Of a DNA stretch of 64,000 nt, positions 27,089 to 35,989 are shown piece after piece. The stretch's first letter is position 1; the number at the start of each line of letters is the position of its first letter. The notes beneath the pieces are model-generated. The model saw only the letters and a list, made by a program, of their open reading frames with translations, had not been told where the DNA came from and searched no databases. Made by a program: the position numbers and the translations under genes. Source of the stretch: Escherichia phage vB_EcoM_JNE01; the sequence record OR670491; one strand, 5' to 3'.

Positions 27089-27388
27089 ATGAAAGTTGCA
27101 ATCATCGCCCTGGCTTTATCTGTATCGTCTTTCGCTGTTAACGCTTCCGTTGATGTACCGCGTGAAAAATTCATTCAGTGCACTGTTGCAATGACTAACG
27201 AGGAAACGGCTGAGATTGTTACCAAATCCCTGGAACTGGCCCCTGCAATGTTTGCTAATGGCCCGTACCATGAAGAAGATGATCAGGGTAGCACGACCAT
27301 CTATTACGATGCAAAAAGTAAACGCGGTTCAGTTACTGTAATGGATACTGAGAAAGTTACATTCACGGGAGTAATTAATTGTTTTTAA
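27089..27388 (+). CDS. small secreted/periplasmic protein (Sec signal peptide)
   Basis: MKVAIIALALSVSSFAVNA/SVD: hydrophobic N-region with AxA cleavage motif. Confidence 0.65.
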   Translation: MKVAIIALALSVSSFAVNASVDVPREKFIQCTVAMTNEETAEIVTKSLELAPAMFANGPYHEEDDQGSTTIYYDAKSKRGSVTVMDTEKVTFTGVINCF

Positions 27389-27404
27389 TGAAGTACTGAA
27401 TCAT

Positions 27405-27434
27405 AAGCCCACTATAAGAAGTGGGCTTTTTTTA
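27405..27434 (+). terminator. rho-independent terminator
   Basis: AAGCCCACT-loop-AGTGGGCTT plus T-run. Confidence 0.65.
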
Positions 27435-27518
27435 TTGTAGTACTGAATACTTTAAAAATAGTTTTGAAATAGTAGTTGACATTACCAGGGAAAGGCGTAG
27501 AATGTATTACATCAGGAC

Positions 27519-27600
27519 GGGGAACACTAAGTAGACCGCCAGTAAGTCGAACGAAAAACTGGACACGACCTGGAAACTTTGATAAACTAACTTACACTTT
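27519..27600 (+). ncRNA. candidate structured 5' leader (diverged copy of the 80-nt element)
   Basis: begins CATCAGGACGGGGAAC like copies at 24813 and 35214. Confidence 0.25.
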
Positions 27601-27618
27601 AATTGAGGAATTAAAAAA

Positions 27619-28098
27619 ATGGCAAATGTAAAATCATTCTTTAAAGCACTGGTATCTTCTGACGTATCTATCGCCGCTGAATTGCTGGCTGACCTGGATA
27701 ATGATACCATGAAAGCAGTACGCAATAATTTTAATATGGCGTACAGTGCAGCAAAAGAACTGCAAGCCAAAAAGGTAGCAGAACTGGAAGCGGCAAAGGC
27801 AGAACGTGAAGCAGAACTGCAAGCAACAATCGAAAGCATCCAGGCGGCGGTAAGTGGATTGGATATCGAGATCGTAACCGATATGGCACATAAAGCCCTA
27901 GCTGCAAAATACGGTGAAGTAAAAGCGGTTAAAGAAAAGAAATGGATTCAGGACCGCGTTAACGTAGTACTTGACAACGGGGAAGAATATCTTATTCCTG
28001 TACGCGGTAACTGCATTGCCGTAGTACTGGACGCGATTAACTCCAGTGGTATGACACGCGAGGAATGGATCGAAGCTCATCGCAAAGTTGAAGCATAA
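27619..28098 (+). CDS. hypothetical protein with central coiled-coil-like segment
   Basis: 159 aa; AKKVAELEAAKAEREAELQATIESIQAAV. Confidence 0.65.
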   Translation: MANVKSFFKALVSSDVSIAAELLADLDNDTMKAVRNNFNMAYSAAKELQAKKVAELEAAKAEREAELQATIESIQAAVSGLDIEIVTDMAHKALAAKYGEVKAVKEKKWIQDRVNVVLDNGEEYLIPVRGNCIAVVLDAINSSGMTREEWIEAHRKVEA

Positions 28099-28119
28099 CA
28101 ATAAAAGTACTGAATCACT

Positions 28120-28147
28120 AGCCCACCTTAAACGGTGGGCTTTTTTG
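28120..28147 (+). terminator. rho-independent terminator
   Basis: AGCCCACC-TTAAAC-GGTGGGCT plus T-run. Confidence 0.65.
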
Positions 28148-28373
28148 TGTTTATCGTTTACCAGGCCACCAGCACCGCCTAGAAACGATTCTAACGCATT
28201 AAACTGATTATCTGATGCATTGCCCTAGCTGGTGGCGTTAAGGCTGTAAGAACGCGATTGAGAGCGTTTAAAGTATTTTGCAAAAAGTAATAAAAAGTAC
28301 TTGCACGATTAAGAGATTAGCGTATAATTAATTACATCAAGGCAAGACACCTTAACTAACTGAGGATATAAAG

Positions 28374-28526
28374 ATGAATACTTATGACCTGGATTGTTTT
28401 ACTTTACAAGTAATGTCAGTATGCAGTAAGAAAGATTGGTCATCAAAGGAATTTAAAGCAGTTATCGCGTGTGCAAAACACGGCAAGACTATCAATGAAA
28501 CGGCATCAATCATTGATAAACTTTAA
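28374..28526 (+). CDS. hypothetical small protein (50 aa, not in ORF track)
   Basis: hand-translated; promoter and SD GAGGA upstream. Confidence 0.45.
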   Translation: MNTYDLDCFTLQVMSVCSKKDWSSKEFKAVIACAKHGKTINETASIIDKL

Positions 28527-28595
28527 AAAATAGTTTGACAATAGTTTTAAGTACTGGCATAATACATACATCAACTACTGAATAGGAATTAAAAA

Positions 28596-28823
28596 ATGGC
28601 TATTATCATTACTCGCGTATCTGGTACTACTGGCAACGAACAAGTAGTTGCAGTCATTACCAACAAGGAAGGTGCGGAATTGCAAAATGCAATGAATACC
28701 TGGGCCGTTAATGAGTTCGGTCAGTGGGCAAGTGTAGCATACATTGAAACCTATCAAGTGCCGTCGATTAGTTTAACTGATTTGGGCGTTGAGCGTATCC
28801 TTTGCCTGGATGAATTAAATTAA
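28596..28823 (+). CDS. hypothetical small protein
   Basis: 75-aa ORF with promoter and SD. Confidence 0.6.
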   Translation: MAIIITRVSGTTGNEQVVAVITNKEGAELQNAMNTWAVNEFGQWASVAYIETYQVPSISLTDLGVERILCLDELN

Positions 28824-28908
28824 AAAAGTACTTGCAAAGTAAATCGAATAAAGTATAATACATTACATCAAGGGGAGAAATGGTTCTCCCCACTACAAGG
28901 AAACTAAA

Positions 28909-29052
28909 ATGAAAACTTGTCAATGTGGTCATAAATCTATTACGGGTTTTAAGCGGGGCGTTGCTCTTTGCCAGTACCATTATAATTTACAAGTATGGGG
29001 TAAAGAATGGGCCGACCAGGTGGAAGCAGCAAAGAAAGCAAAAAGTAAGTAA
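28909..29052 (+). CDS. hypothetical small protein (47 aa, not in ORF track)
   Basis: hand-translated MKTCQCGHKS...; promoter, hairpin and SD upstream. Confidence 0.45.
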   Translation: MKTCQCGHKSITGFKRGVALCQYHYNLQVWGKEWADQVEAAKKAKSK

Positions 29053-29140
29053 AATATTATCACAGTACTATTGACATAGTTTGATAGTACTGGCATAATA
29101 GATTTTATCAAGACAACATATTAATTTAAGGAATACAAAA

Positions 29141-29464
29141 ATGGCTAAAACTATCATTAACACCGTTTCCCTGGCTGCAATCCGTGCAATCAATGTTGAC
29201 GGTAAACGTTGGACTGATACATATGGCAATACTTATCATTCTTGTCATGTAAGCGTTGAACTGGATAACGGTTTGAATGATCTGGCGGTTGAATCATTTA
29301 CTTATGGCTATGAAGATGCATATCAACAAACGGCGTTAGATCTATTAAAGGAATCAGTAGACGGGCTTAATACTGATGAAACCTCCCTTACTCGTTTGTG
29401 CAATGATCTTAATATCCCGTTGCATTGTACTGTACAGAATGTTAAACGCAAAAAAGATCTTTAA
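29141..29464 (+). CDS. hypothetical protein (paralog of 35990..36313)
   Basis: shared RWTD..GNTYHSC.VS and C-terminal KRKKD. Confidence 0.6.
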   Translation: MAKTIINTVSLAAIRAINVDGKRWTDTYGNTYHSCHVSVELDNGLNDLAVESFTYGYEDAYQQTALDLLKESVDGLNTDETSLTRLCNDLNIPLHCTVQNVKRKKDL

Positions 29465-29544
29465 TTAGCTTTACTTTATGCAGATACTTTGATATAGTGT
29501 CTGCATAGGGGAAAGAAATTAAATTAACTTAAGAGGATCGTATA

Positions 29545-29814
29545 ATGAAAAATATCAGTACTTTAATCGATACAGGTACTCATGTTCGTCGGTCTATGGT
29601 TGCAACCAGTACTACAAAACAAGTACCAAGCGGTTATCTTGTATTTGTGCACGATGGTAAACTCCTGGAACGTTCAATCAATTTTGATGTTAAAAACAAT
29701 TGCCGTTTTATTATCTTTAAGCGTGAGCAATATAAAATTGATTTACCAGCAAAGCCCATAAGCGGGGCGTACAACGTGCAATCATTGTTTGAACGTCAAC
29801 CATACACCTATTAA
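29545..29814 (+). CDS. hypothetical small protein
   Basis: 89-aa ORF, SD GAGGA. Confidence 0.55.
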   Translation: MKNISTLIDTGTHVRRSMVATSTTKQVPSGYLVFVHDGKLLERSINFDVKNNCRFIIFKREQYKIDLPAKPISGAYNVQSLFERQPYTY

Positions 29815-29865
29815 TCAAAACATCGTTAGCGGTCGATTTAGGCCGCGTATATTGGGGATTATACC

Positions 29866-30138
29866 ATGAACGTTAATCAAGTACTGAATGAGATCGAAAG
29901 CATCATTAAACCAATGAAACGCATTGATGCTATGTTAACACCGGAAGAATGCCGCCTTTATGAGCGTTACAGCGTCGAACAAGTCCAGGCAATGGCTATG
30001 GCTACCCCAGCCGTTAAACCGCCTGAGAATGCGTTACAGGACGTTACAGGGGATTATATCATCAATCCAGTACTAGGGAAGATGGCTGCAATCACCGAAG
30101 ATCAACAAGATTACTTAAGTCAGTACTTAAAAGGTTAA
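29866..30138 (+). CDS. hypothetical small protein
   Basis: 90-aa ORF. Confidence 0.55.
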   Translation: MNVNQVLNEIESIIKPMKRIDAMLTPEECRLYERYSVEQVQAMAMATPAVKPPENALQDVTGDYIINPVLGKMAAITEDQQDYLSQYLKG

Positions 30139-30143
30139 TTAAT

Positions 30144-30353
30144 ATGCTTACTGTACAGGATAAGATCGACATCTTAAAGGTTAATATGTATGTGATTGAT
30201 GCAGTACCTGGTAAAGTATTTGCATACGATGACAGTACTGTAAGCGATTTCTACTATAGCCAGGACGTGGGGGATCTTTCTGTACAGTCGGTTATTGAAA
30301 ACGTAGTTAATGCAGCGTATGAGCATTTACTTTCAAATAGTACTTGCAATTAG
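30144..30353 (+). CDS. hypothetical small protein
   Basis: 69-aa ORF; 3' end runs into next promoter. Confidence 0.5.
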   Translation: MLTVQDKIDILKVNMYVIDAVPGKVFAYDDSTVSDFYYSQDVGDLSVQSVIENVVNAAYEHLLSNSTCN

Positions 30354-30422
30354 TTTTTAAACGCGTATAATGTTTTACATGAAGGGGAGAAATGATTCTC
30401 CCCACTAATTAAGGAATATGAA

Positions 30423-30569
30423 ATGAAAGCATCAAAAAAGAGTAATACTAAGAAAGCACGTTCAACCTTAGATGGGGTATTCCCTTTACGTTTCGTTGAT
30501 GAAGTGGTGTCCTACCCGCCGGGCCTTACTCCTGAGATGGTAGAAAGTTTGCGTAAATCTAAAAAATAG
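30423..30569 (+). CDS. hypothetical small basic protein (48 aa, not in ORF track)
   Basis: hand-translated; promoter, hairpin and SD upstream. Confidence 0.45.
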   Translation: MKASKKSNTKKARSTLDGVFPLRFVDEVVSYPPGLTPEMVESLRKSKK

Positions 30570-30650
30570 TACTTGCAATTAGTTTTTAGTACTGTATAAT
30601 AGTTTACATGAAGGGGAGAAATGATTCTCCCCAATAACAGGAGAATCAAA

Positions 30651-30803
30651 ATGAAACAATACAACGCTCGGTTTGATGTTACTATCGGTAACGGCAAAGG
30701 TCAATTCTCTTTCAGTACTCGCAAAAGTTATACAGAAAACTTCCTGCGTAATTGTGCACTGACCGCCGCTCAAATTAAACATTACTTTCAGGCTAAAAAA
30801 TGA
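30651..30803 (+). CDS. hypothetical small protein
   Basis: start moved to MKQYNARF downstream of promoter hairpin; SD AGGAGAA. Confidence 0.5.
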   Translation: MKQYNARFDVTIGNGKGQFSFSTRKSYTENFLRNCALTAAQIKHYFQAKK

Positions 30804-30889
30804 AAACATTAGCTTACTATAGTTCGGCCCTGGTCGGTGCATTGATCGCGGCGTTGTTAGTAACCTATCTATTCTTTATGGTGATTTAA
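30800..30889 (+). CDS. candidate 29-aa single-TM peptide
   Basis: ATGA overlap with previous gene; hydrophobic MKTLAYYSSALVGALIAALLVTYLFFMVI. Confidence 0.3.
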   Translation: MKTLAYYSSALVGALIAALLVTYLFFMVI

Positions 30890-31033
30890 ATGAATCCAAC
30901 AGGTTTAAACTATAAAAGTTGTTCGGCGTTTACGAAAGCAAATAAAGCGAATGCACGTAAAGCGAAAGTACAAGAATACATCAAGCAAGGCATGACGCGA
31001 AAGGCGGCGATTCTAAAAGCTAAAAATAAATGA
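30890..31033 (+). CDS. candidate 47-aa basic protein
   Basis: TAA-ATG abutting start; hand-translated. Confidence 0.3.
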   Translation: MNPTGLNYKSCSAFTKANKANARKAKVQEYIKQGMTRKAAILKAKNK

Positions 31034-31113
31034 AAAAAGTGGTTGACTCCGGTCAGCCATTTTGCTATTATATATTCATTGAGAGATAGCTCACTAGCCC
31101 ACAGGGTGCATAA
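31033..31113 (+). promoter_or_regulatory. terminator/promoter hairpin plus conserved element AGCCCACAGGGTGCATAAGTGTATCTAT
   Basis: TTGACT inside inverted repeat, TATTAT -10, then conserved element. Confidence 0.45.
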
Positions 31114-31254
31114 GTGTATCTATTATATGAGTATTGAGTACTGAAAACTATTTTAAAAGTATTTGTAGAAAGTACTTGCAAACTATCTCAATAAGCGTAT
31201 AATGTTTTACATCGAAAGGGGAAACGGTTTCCCCTGATAATAAGGAAACAAATC

Positions 31255-31596
31255 ATGACTATCTCAATTGCTCAATCTAACTTTGAAAACGAAATCATCG
31301 CCCAGGCACTGCGTTTAAATGATGGTCGGGCCGAAATTAATTACGGTTTCAATTCAGGCGGTTGTGAAAAATATCAGTACTTTGTAACGGCTGATGGCGG
31401 TGTCCTGGGTATCAATACAGTTATTGTAAACATCCAAAAAATTAATTTCAATGATCCAGACGATAGCCAGTTTTACATCACTGGCGTAGACGTGAACTAT
31501 GAGGATGACTCACTAACTGATGATCACACTGGTGAGAAGTTAGAGAGTGCATACGGTGAAGATGATTATCAGTCAGTACCGGAAGATTTTGAATAA
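31255..31596 (+). CDS. hypothetical acidic protein
   Basis: 113-aa ORF; second promoter, hairpin and SD upstream. Confidence 0.6.
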   Translation: MTISIAQSNFENEIIAQALRLNDGRAEINYGFNSGGCEKYQYFVTADGGVLGINTVIVNIQKINFNDPDDSQFYITGVDVNYEDDSLTDDHTGEKLESAYGEDDYQSVPEDFE

Positions 31597-31693
31597 TATT
31601 AAAAAAATAGTTTGACAATAGATTATAGTACTGTATAATAGTTTACATCAAGGGGAGAAAAACTTCTCCCCACTAACAGAGAGAGAAAACAAA

Positions 31694-31906
31694 ATGGCTA
31701 ATATCTGCACTGTACTGAAAAATGCAAAACAAGTTTTATTTTCTGATCACGATCATTTAAACAAGGATATTACTGGCGTTCGGAATATCAAAGATGTAAA
31801 AAGTGTTATGGGTATCTATTGCAATATGAAACGTGTTGGAACGTTCGGCGACAAAGTACTATACCAGGCAGGGGATTACAATTTTACACTGACTATCATT
31901 AACTAA
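31694..31906 (+). CDS. hypothetical small protein
   Basis: 70-aa ORF with promoter, hairpin and SD. Confidence 0.6.
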   Translation: MANICTVLKNAKQVLFSDHDHLNKDITGVRNIKDVKSVMGIYCNMKRVGTFGDKVLYQAGDYNFTLTIIN

Positions 31907-31998
31907 AAATATATTACCAGTACTATTAAATCTATTGACAACGTTTGATAGTACTGACATAATAACTTTTATCAACTACACTACTAAGGAATTAAAAA

Positions 31999-32178
31999 AT
32001 GGCTATCATCGCAAAAACTGAAATCGTTGGTCTGGATTCTATCATCATGACGTTTGAAGATCAAAAAGGTATGTATGTAGTTTCATATGGTGATTATGTT
32101 CGGGAGTATGAAACGGTAGACGAAGCCTTTGAAAGTTATATTCGCCAGGTGAATAAAGCATACGACGACTACCGCTAA
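31999..32178 (+). CDS. hypothetical small protein (59 aa, not in ORF track)
   Basis: hand-translated MAIIAKTEIVG...; promoter and SD AAGGAA. Confidence 0.45.
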   Translation: MAIIAKTEIVGLDSIIMTFEDQKGMYVVSYGDYVREYETVDEAFESYIRQVNKAYDDYR

Positions 32179-32268
32179 AATATATTACCAGTGCTATTGA
32201 CAAAGTTTGATAGTACTGTATAATAAGTTTTATAAACAGTAGTTAACTTAACCTAAGAGAGAAATAAA

Positions 32269-32412
32269 ATGATCGCACTGGATTCATTCATCGACGCAGT
32301 ACTGGCAAAAACTGGCGAGGATCTGACCGCAGAACAATACGCGATGATCGAGCAATGTCAGCAAAACGGTAAATCGGTGAAAGATACTGTTAAGATTATC
32401 CGCAAGATGTAA
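32269..32412 (+). CDS. hypothetical small protein (47 aa, not in ORF track)
   Basis: hand-translated; promoter TTGACA...TATAAT and SD upstream; terminator downstream. Confidence 0.45.
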   Translation: MIALDSFIDAVLAKTGEDLTAEQYAMIEQCQQNGKSVKDTVKIIRKM

Positions 32413-32418
32413 GATTAT

Positions 32419-32447
32419 AGCCCACTGGTTAACGCTGGTGGGCTTTA
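32419..32447 (+). terminator. terminator hairpin containing a Chi octamer
   Basis: AGCCCAC-loop-GTGGGCT; loop/stem contains GCTGGTGG. Confidence 0.5.
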
Positions 32448-32517
32448 ATCCTTTACCCTATACAATGCCAGTACTCAACCGTTTATCTCGTTAGAATGCG
32501 TTACAGGACGTTTGACA

Positions 32518-32715
32518 ATGATTAGCATGAAATCAGTACAAAAACAAATAGAAACATTATCAAAAATTAAACGTAAACAGTACTCGTTAGAATATACAAT
32601 CAATGGTAACTATCATCTAATGAAAGAGAATAATTTTATCGTCATTGATGAATCATTGCAAGTTATTAGTATAGTACTGAAAGCATTAATCAATGACAGA
32701 AAAAAATTAAAATAA
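32518..32715 (+). CDS. hypothetical small protein
   Basis: ORF; weak SD; start uncertain. Confidence 0.35.
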   Translation: MISMKSVQKQIETLSKIKRKQYSLEYTINGNYHLMKENNFIVIDESLQVISIVLKALINDRKKLK

Positions 32716-32804
32716 TCTATTGACAATATCCTCCAGTACTGGCATAATACTTACATCAAGACGAGAACGTCGCTAACCCATAGGGTGCACAAATGTAACT
32801 ATAT

Positions 32805-32895
32805 AATATCGATCAATAAATGATCAAAAAAGTACTGGATCAATTTAGCATAAGGCGTATAATTCTGATCAATTCTTGATCAAAGGCAATATACG
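32805..32895 (+). promoter_or_regulatory. GATC-rich palindromic cluster (five GATC sites, TGATCAA repeats)
   Basis: ATCGATCAATAAATGATCAA...GGATCAAT...TGATCAATTCTTGATCAA, upstream of the TraR-like gene. Confidence 0.35.
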
Positions 32896-33044
32896 CAGTT
32901 GAATTTATATAGACAGTACAAAGGCGTTACTATCCGTGGTAATGCTGGTGGATATGTAGTATCATATGGTTTGAATAAGATAAACACTAGTAGTATTATT
33001 GTAGCATTACAGTACTATAGTATTTTTATAATGAGGTTAAAATA

Positions 33045-33302
33045 ATGGCAGTAGGATACGCGAAAGACGGGGCCGAACAAGACGAGATTCACGCAGTGAT
33101 TCAGGCCGCCGTTAACCACGCTAGAAAGCAAATTAACGCACAAAGAGAATCACTGGTACATTGCCTCGACTGCGGCGATAAAATCCCTGAGAATCGACGC
33201 CAGGCCGTTATAGGGTGCATGTATTGTATTACTTGCCAGGAGGATCATGATAGTACTTTTAAAAGAGATCCGCGTAATTGTTGGCATAGATCTATGAGAT
33301 AA
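33045..33302 (+). CDS. TraR/DksA-family C4 zinc-finger protein
   Basis: CLDCGDKIPENRRQAVIGCMYCITCQ matches the CxxCGxxIPExRR...CxxCQ signature. Confidence 0.7.
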   Translation: MAVGYAKDGAEQDEIHAVIQAAVNHARKQINAQRESLVHCLDCGDKIPENRRQAVIGCMYCITCQEDHDSTFKRDPRNCWHRSMR

Positions 33303-33365
33303 AAAGTATTGACAGTACTGAAAGATAGTGTATAATGTTTTATATCTTAACTGAGGATAGTAATC

Positions 33366-33722
33366 ATGGGAATACAACATATCACGCGTACTACTGACAA
33401 TGGCGAGATCACTGGTTATCAGGTACAGGGCAAAGTAGCACAATTGCAGTACTGGTTTGTTAAACGTGGAATCATTGCACCGGATCTTGATTATGACCGT
33501 GTAGCGTTTATTGATTCTCTTTATGTTGATCCTGATAGTCGGGGCAATGGTGAAGGTAACGAATTAATGAATGCCTTTATTGATGCCGCCGATGATTCAG
33601 ATTGTATCATCTTAGAATGCGATACGGGAGAAGATAACGCCTTTAATCTTAAAGAATGGTACGAAGGTTTCGGATTCGAGGTACTGATCGATAGTGAATA
33701 TCCTATCATGATTTTATCATAG
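33366..33722 (+). CDS. possible GNAT-like acetyltransferase domain protein
   Basis: VAFIDSLYV...RGNGEGNELMNAF resembles the R-x-x-G-x-G CoA-binding motif; weak. Confidence 0.4.
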   Translation: MGIQHITRTTDNGEITGYQVQGKVAQLQYWFVKRGIIAPDLDYDRVAFIDSLYVDPDSRGNGEGNELMNAFIDAADDSDCIILECDTGEDNAFNLKEWYEGFGFEVLIDSEYPIMILS

Positions 33723-33800
33723 TACTTGCATTTAGTTTTCAGTACTGTTATAGTACTTGCATCAAGGGGAAACATCTTCCCCTACTAAGAGGAAATAAAA

Positions 33801-33989
33801 ATGGAAAACTTATCAAGTATTTTAGTACAAGATGATTTCGGTAATCCTGGAAGTGCTATCATTGTTCGGGGCAATAAAGCAACGTTTGTTATTGCTGGTG
33901 GACCCGTACAGCGTAGCATTAAAAATAATGCTGTTACCATTAATAATGTACGCTATCGCTTAGATAAAGAATTAATTCATAAACTGTAA
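33801..33989 (+). CDS. hypothetical small protein
   Basis: 62-aa ORF with promoter, hairpin and SD. Confidence 0.55.
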   Translation: MENLSSILVQDDFGNPGSAIIVRGNKATFVIAGGPVQRSIKNNAVTINNVRYRLDKELIHKL

Positions 33990-34016
33990 TATTAATTTAA
34001 TAGAGGATAACAATAA

Positions 34017-34340
34017 ATGTACATTCATACTACTATCACAAAGGAAGTCCGTTGCCAGTTCGAAAGTATTCCGGGCGTATGTTTCATCACTGGTACGTTT
34101 TCCCCTGGTGATCGTGATAATCCAGTACTGTTACAATTACGCCATCCATCATGGGATAAAGCATTTGATCTACCGTTGAATGAATTCGCAACTACTGCTG
34201 AAAAGTACATTAAAAATATTCGCGAGAATGATCGACTATTCATTAATGCTTTTAGTGATGCCGCGTTAAGTGAGATCCATGCTGTATTGGTTGCAATCAT
34301 GGAATCAATGGAGAAAACTATATTCAAACAAGGTGAATAA
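34017..34340 (+). CDS. hypothetical protein
   Basis: 107-aa ORF, SD GAGGA. Confidence 0.55.
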   Translation: MYIHTTITKEVRCQFESIPGVCFITGTFSPGDRDNPVLLQLRHPSWDKAFDLPLNEFATTAEKYIKNIRENDRLFINAFSDAALSEIHAVLVAIMESMEKTIFKQGE

Positions 34341-34423
34341 AAACTATTGACAATGCAATCCAGTACTGTATAATAGTTTACATGAAGGAGAGAAATGATT
34401 CTCCCCACTAAGAGGAAAGAAAA

Positions 34424-34636
34424 ATGCAAGGTCAACTAATCGTTCGTAAATGGTCTGATACTAACGAAAAACCGTGGGATGTACAATACATCGCCCCAAA
34501 TGGTGAATCCAGATATCAACCAGGTGTAACGCATAGTACTGAGCAATTCGCCGCCGCTCATCGCGAACGTCTGTTACAATCAATGCAGCAAGGTTCCGGT
34601 GAAAAATTCATTCAGGATCATTGGCTGAAAGATTAA
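34424..34636 (+). CDS. hypothetical small protein
   Basis: 70-aa ORF with promoter, hairpin and SD. Confidence 0.6.
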   Translation: MQGQLIVRKWSDTNEKPWDVQYIAPNGESRYQPGVTHSTEQFAAAHRERLLQSMQQGSGEKFIQDHWLKD

Positions 34637-34722
34637 AAAGTACTTGCACAGTACTGAATAAAGTGTATAATGTTTTATATCGGAAGGGGAATAGTTCCCC
34701 TCCGAACAAAGAGGAAAGTATA

Positions 34723-34896
34723 ATGGTCCAGGTAGAATTAACAGTACTGAAAGATCTGTTTTATCGGATTGGTACTACTGGCGAATATCCGAAGGGTGAT
34801 AATGCAAAACTTTACGTATCACTCGACTTATGGCAACGCGAACAATTAGCAACGGCCTGGCGTAAAGGCAAAGCAGATAGCGAGGTGAAAGCATGA
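34723..34896 (+). CDS. hypothetical small protein
   Basis: start moved to MVQVELTVLK downstream of promoter hairpin; SD AGAGGAAA. Confidence 0.5.
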   Translation: MVQVELTVLKDLFYRIGTTGEYPKGDNAKLYVSLDLWQREQLATAWRKGKADSEVKA

Positions 34897-35042
34897 AAGA
34901 ATTCTTATTTGAAGTAGTGTTTCAAGGTGTCGGTAATAACCAACTGATTCGATCAAGTGGTTATAATGTTAACCAGGCATGGAATAACATTAAACAAATG
35001 TACCCGAACGCTATCACATATCGCAACCCGAAAGAAGTTTAA
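34893..35042 (+). CDS. hypothetical small protein (49 aa, not in ORF track)
   Basis: ATGA overlap; hand-translated. Confidence 0.4.
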   Translation: MKEFLFEVVFQGVGNNQLIRSSGYNVNQAWNNIKQMYPNAITYRNPKEV

Positions 35043-35060
35043 AAATAATTGAAAAAGGGA

Positions 35061-35136
35061 TTGACTCCGGTCAGTCCCTTTGTTATTATATACGCATAGA
35101 AACAAATTAGCCCACCGGGTGCATAAATGTATCTAT
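35061..35136 (+). promoter_or_regulatory. terminator/promoter hairpin GGGATTGACTCCGGTCAGTCCC plus conserved element AGCCCACCGGGTGCATAAATGTATCTAT
   Basis: near-identical copies at 38336 and 41086. Confidence 0.45.
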
Positions 35137-35213
35137 TGTTTGCTGGTGGCTAGTACTGAAAACTATTTTTAAAAAGTACTTGCATTGTACTTAGAATCAA
35201 GTATAATGTTTTA

Positions 35214-35295
35214 CATCAGGACGGGGAACGAAATAAGTAACCCCGTTAAGTAGTCCAGGAGTAAGACATACGAAAAACTCCCCTGATAAAATAGT
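35214..35295 (+). ncRNA. candidate structured leader / small RNA (about 80 nt)
   Basis: second copy of the 24813-24895 element; differences preserve hairpin pairing. Confidence 0.3.
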
Positions 35296-35356
35296 TTGAC
35301 AATAGAAAGTAAACGAGTATAATACTTACATCAACCACTGATAAGGAAACATAAAA

Positions 35357-35632
35357 ATGCGGATTCTACTGACAGCTAACGAAATCGAACAAGTACTGAC
35401 TACTAATCTGGAACAATGGAAACGTGAAGCAGATATCCAGGCGGTTCAATGCCTTAACGATAAGTTAACGCCAGATGACTTAAGCACGATTGTTGATCCA
35501 CAATTTTATGAAGATATTCACGACACGTCTTTAAGCGTCGAGGATGTACTTGATAAGCACTACATTGATACTGATTTACATGTTTACGGTCGTAAAAACT
35601 TTATCACTATTCACGACATTTACAATACTTAA
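35357..35632 (+). CDS. hypothetical protein
   Basis: 91-aa ORF with third promoter and SD. Confidence 0.6.
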   Translation: MRILLTANEIEQVLTTNLEQWKREADIQAVQCLNDKLTPDDLSTIVDPQFYEDIHDTSLSVEDVLDKHYIDTDLHVYGRKNFITIHDIYNT

Positions 35633-35718
35633 GTATTGACAAAGTATCTTAGTACTGTATAATAGTTTACATCAAGGGGGGGAATGGTTCCCCTCCTAAC
35701 TAAAAGAGAGAAATAAAA

Positions 35719-35901
35719 ATGGCTAAGTGCACTATCTGTAATAAAGAAATAGTATTAGTTCCAAGTGCCCGTGAACGTGCCGCTCGGTTCGGTGGCAAAG
35801 CGTCAGACTATACAAAAATGTTTACTACCCATACAGCTTGCCAGGTAGCAAAACGTTCACAAGAAAGCGTAGAATTAATGCGTAAACTTTCCAAAAAATA
35901 A
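35719..35901 (+). CDS. hypothetical small protein
   Basis: 60-aa ORF with promoter, hairpin and SD. Confidence 0.55.
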   Translation: MAKCTICNKEIVLVPSARERAARFGGKASDYTKMFTTHTACQVAKRSQESVELMRKLSKK

Positions 35902-35989
35902 GTATTGACAAAGTATCTTAGTACTGTATAATAGTTTACATCAAGGGGGGGGGAATGGTTCCCCTCCTAACAAAGAGAGAGAAATAAAA

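Noticed and set aside
28596-32178. Paralogy between genes 28596-28823 and 31999-32178 (both begin MAII)
   Set aside because: Similarity is limited to the first four residues; the rest does not align by eye.
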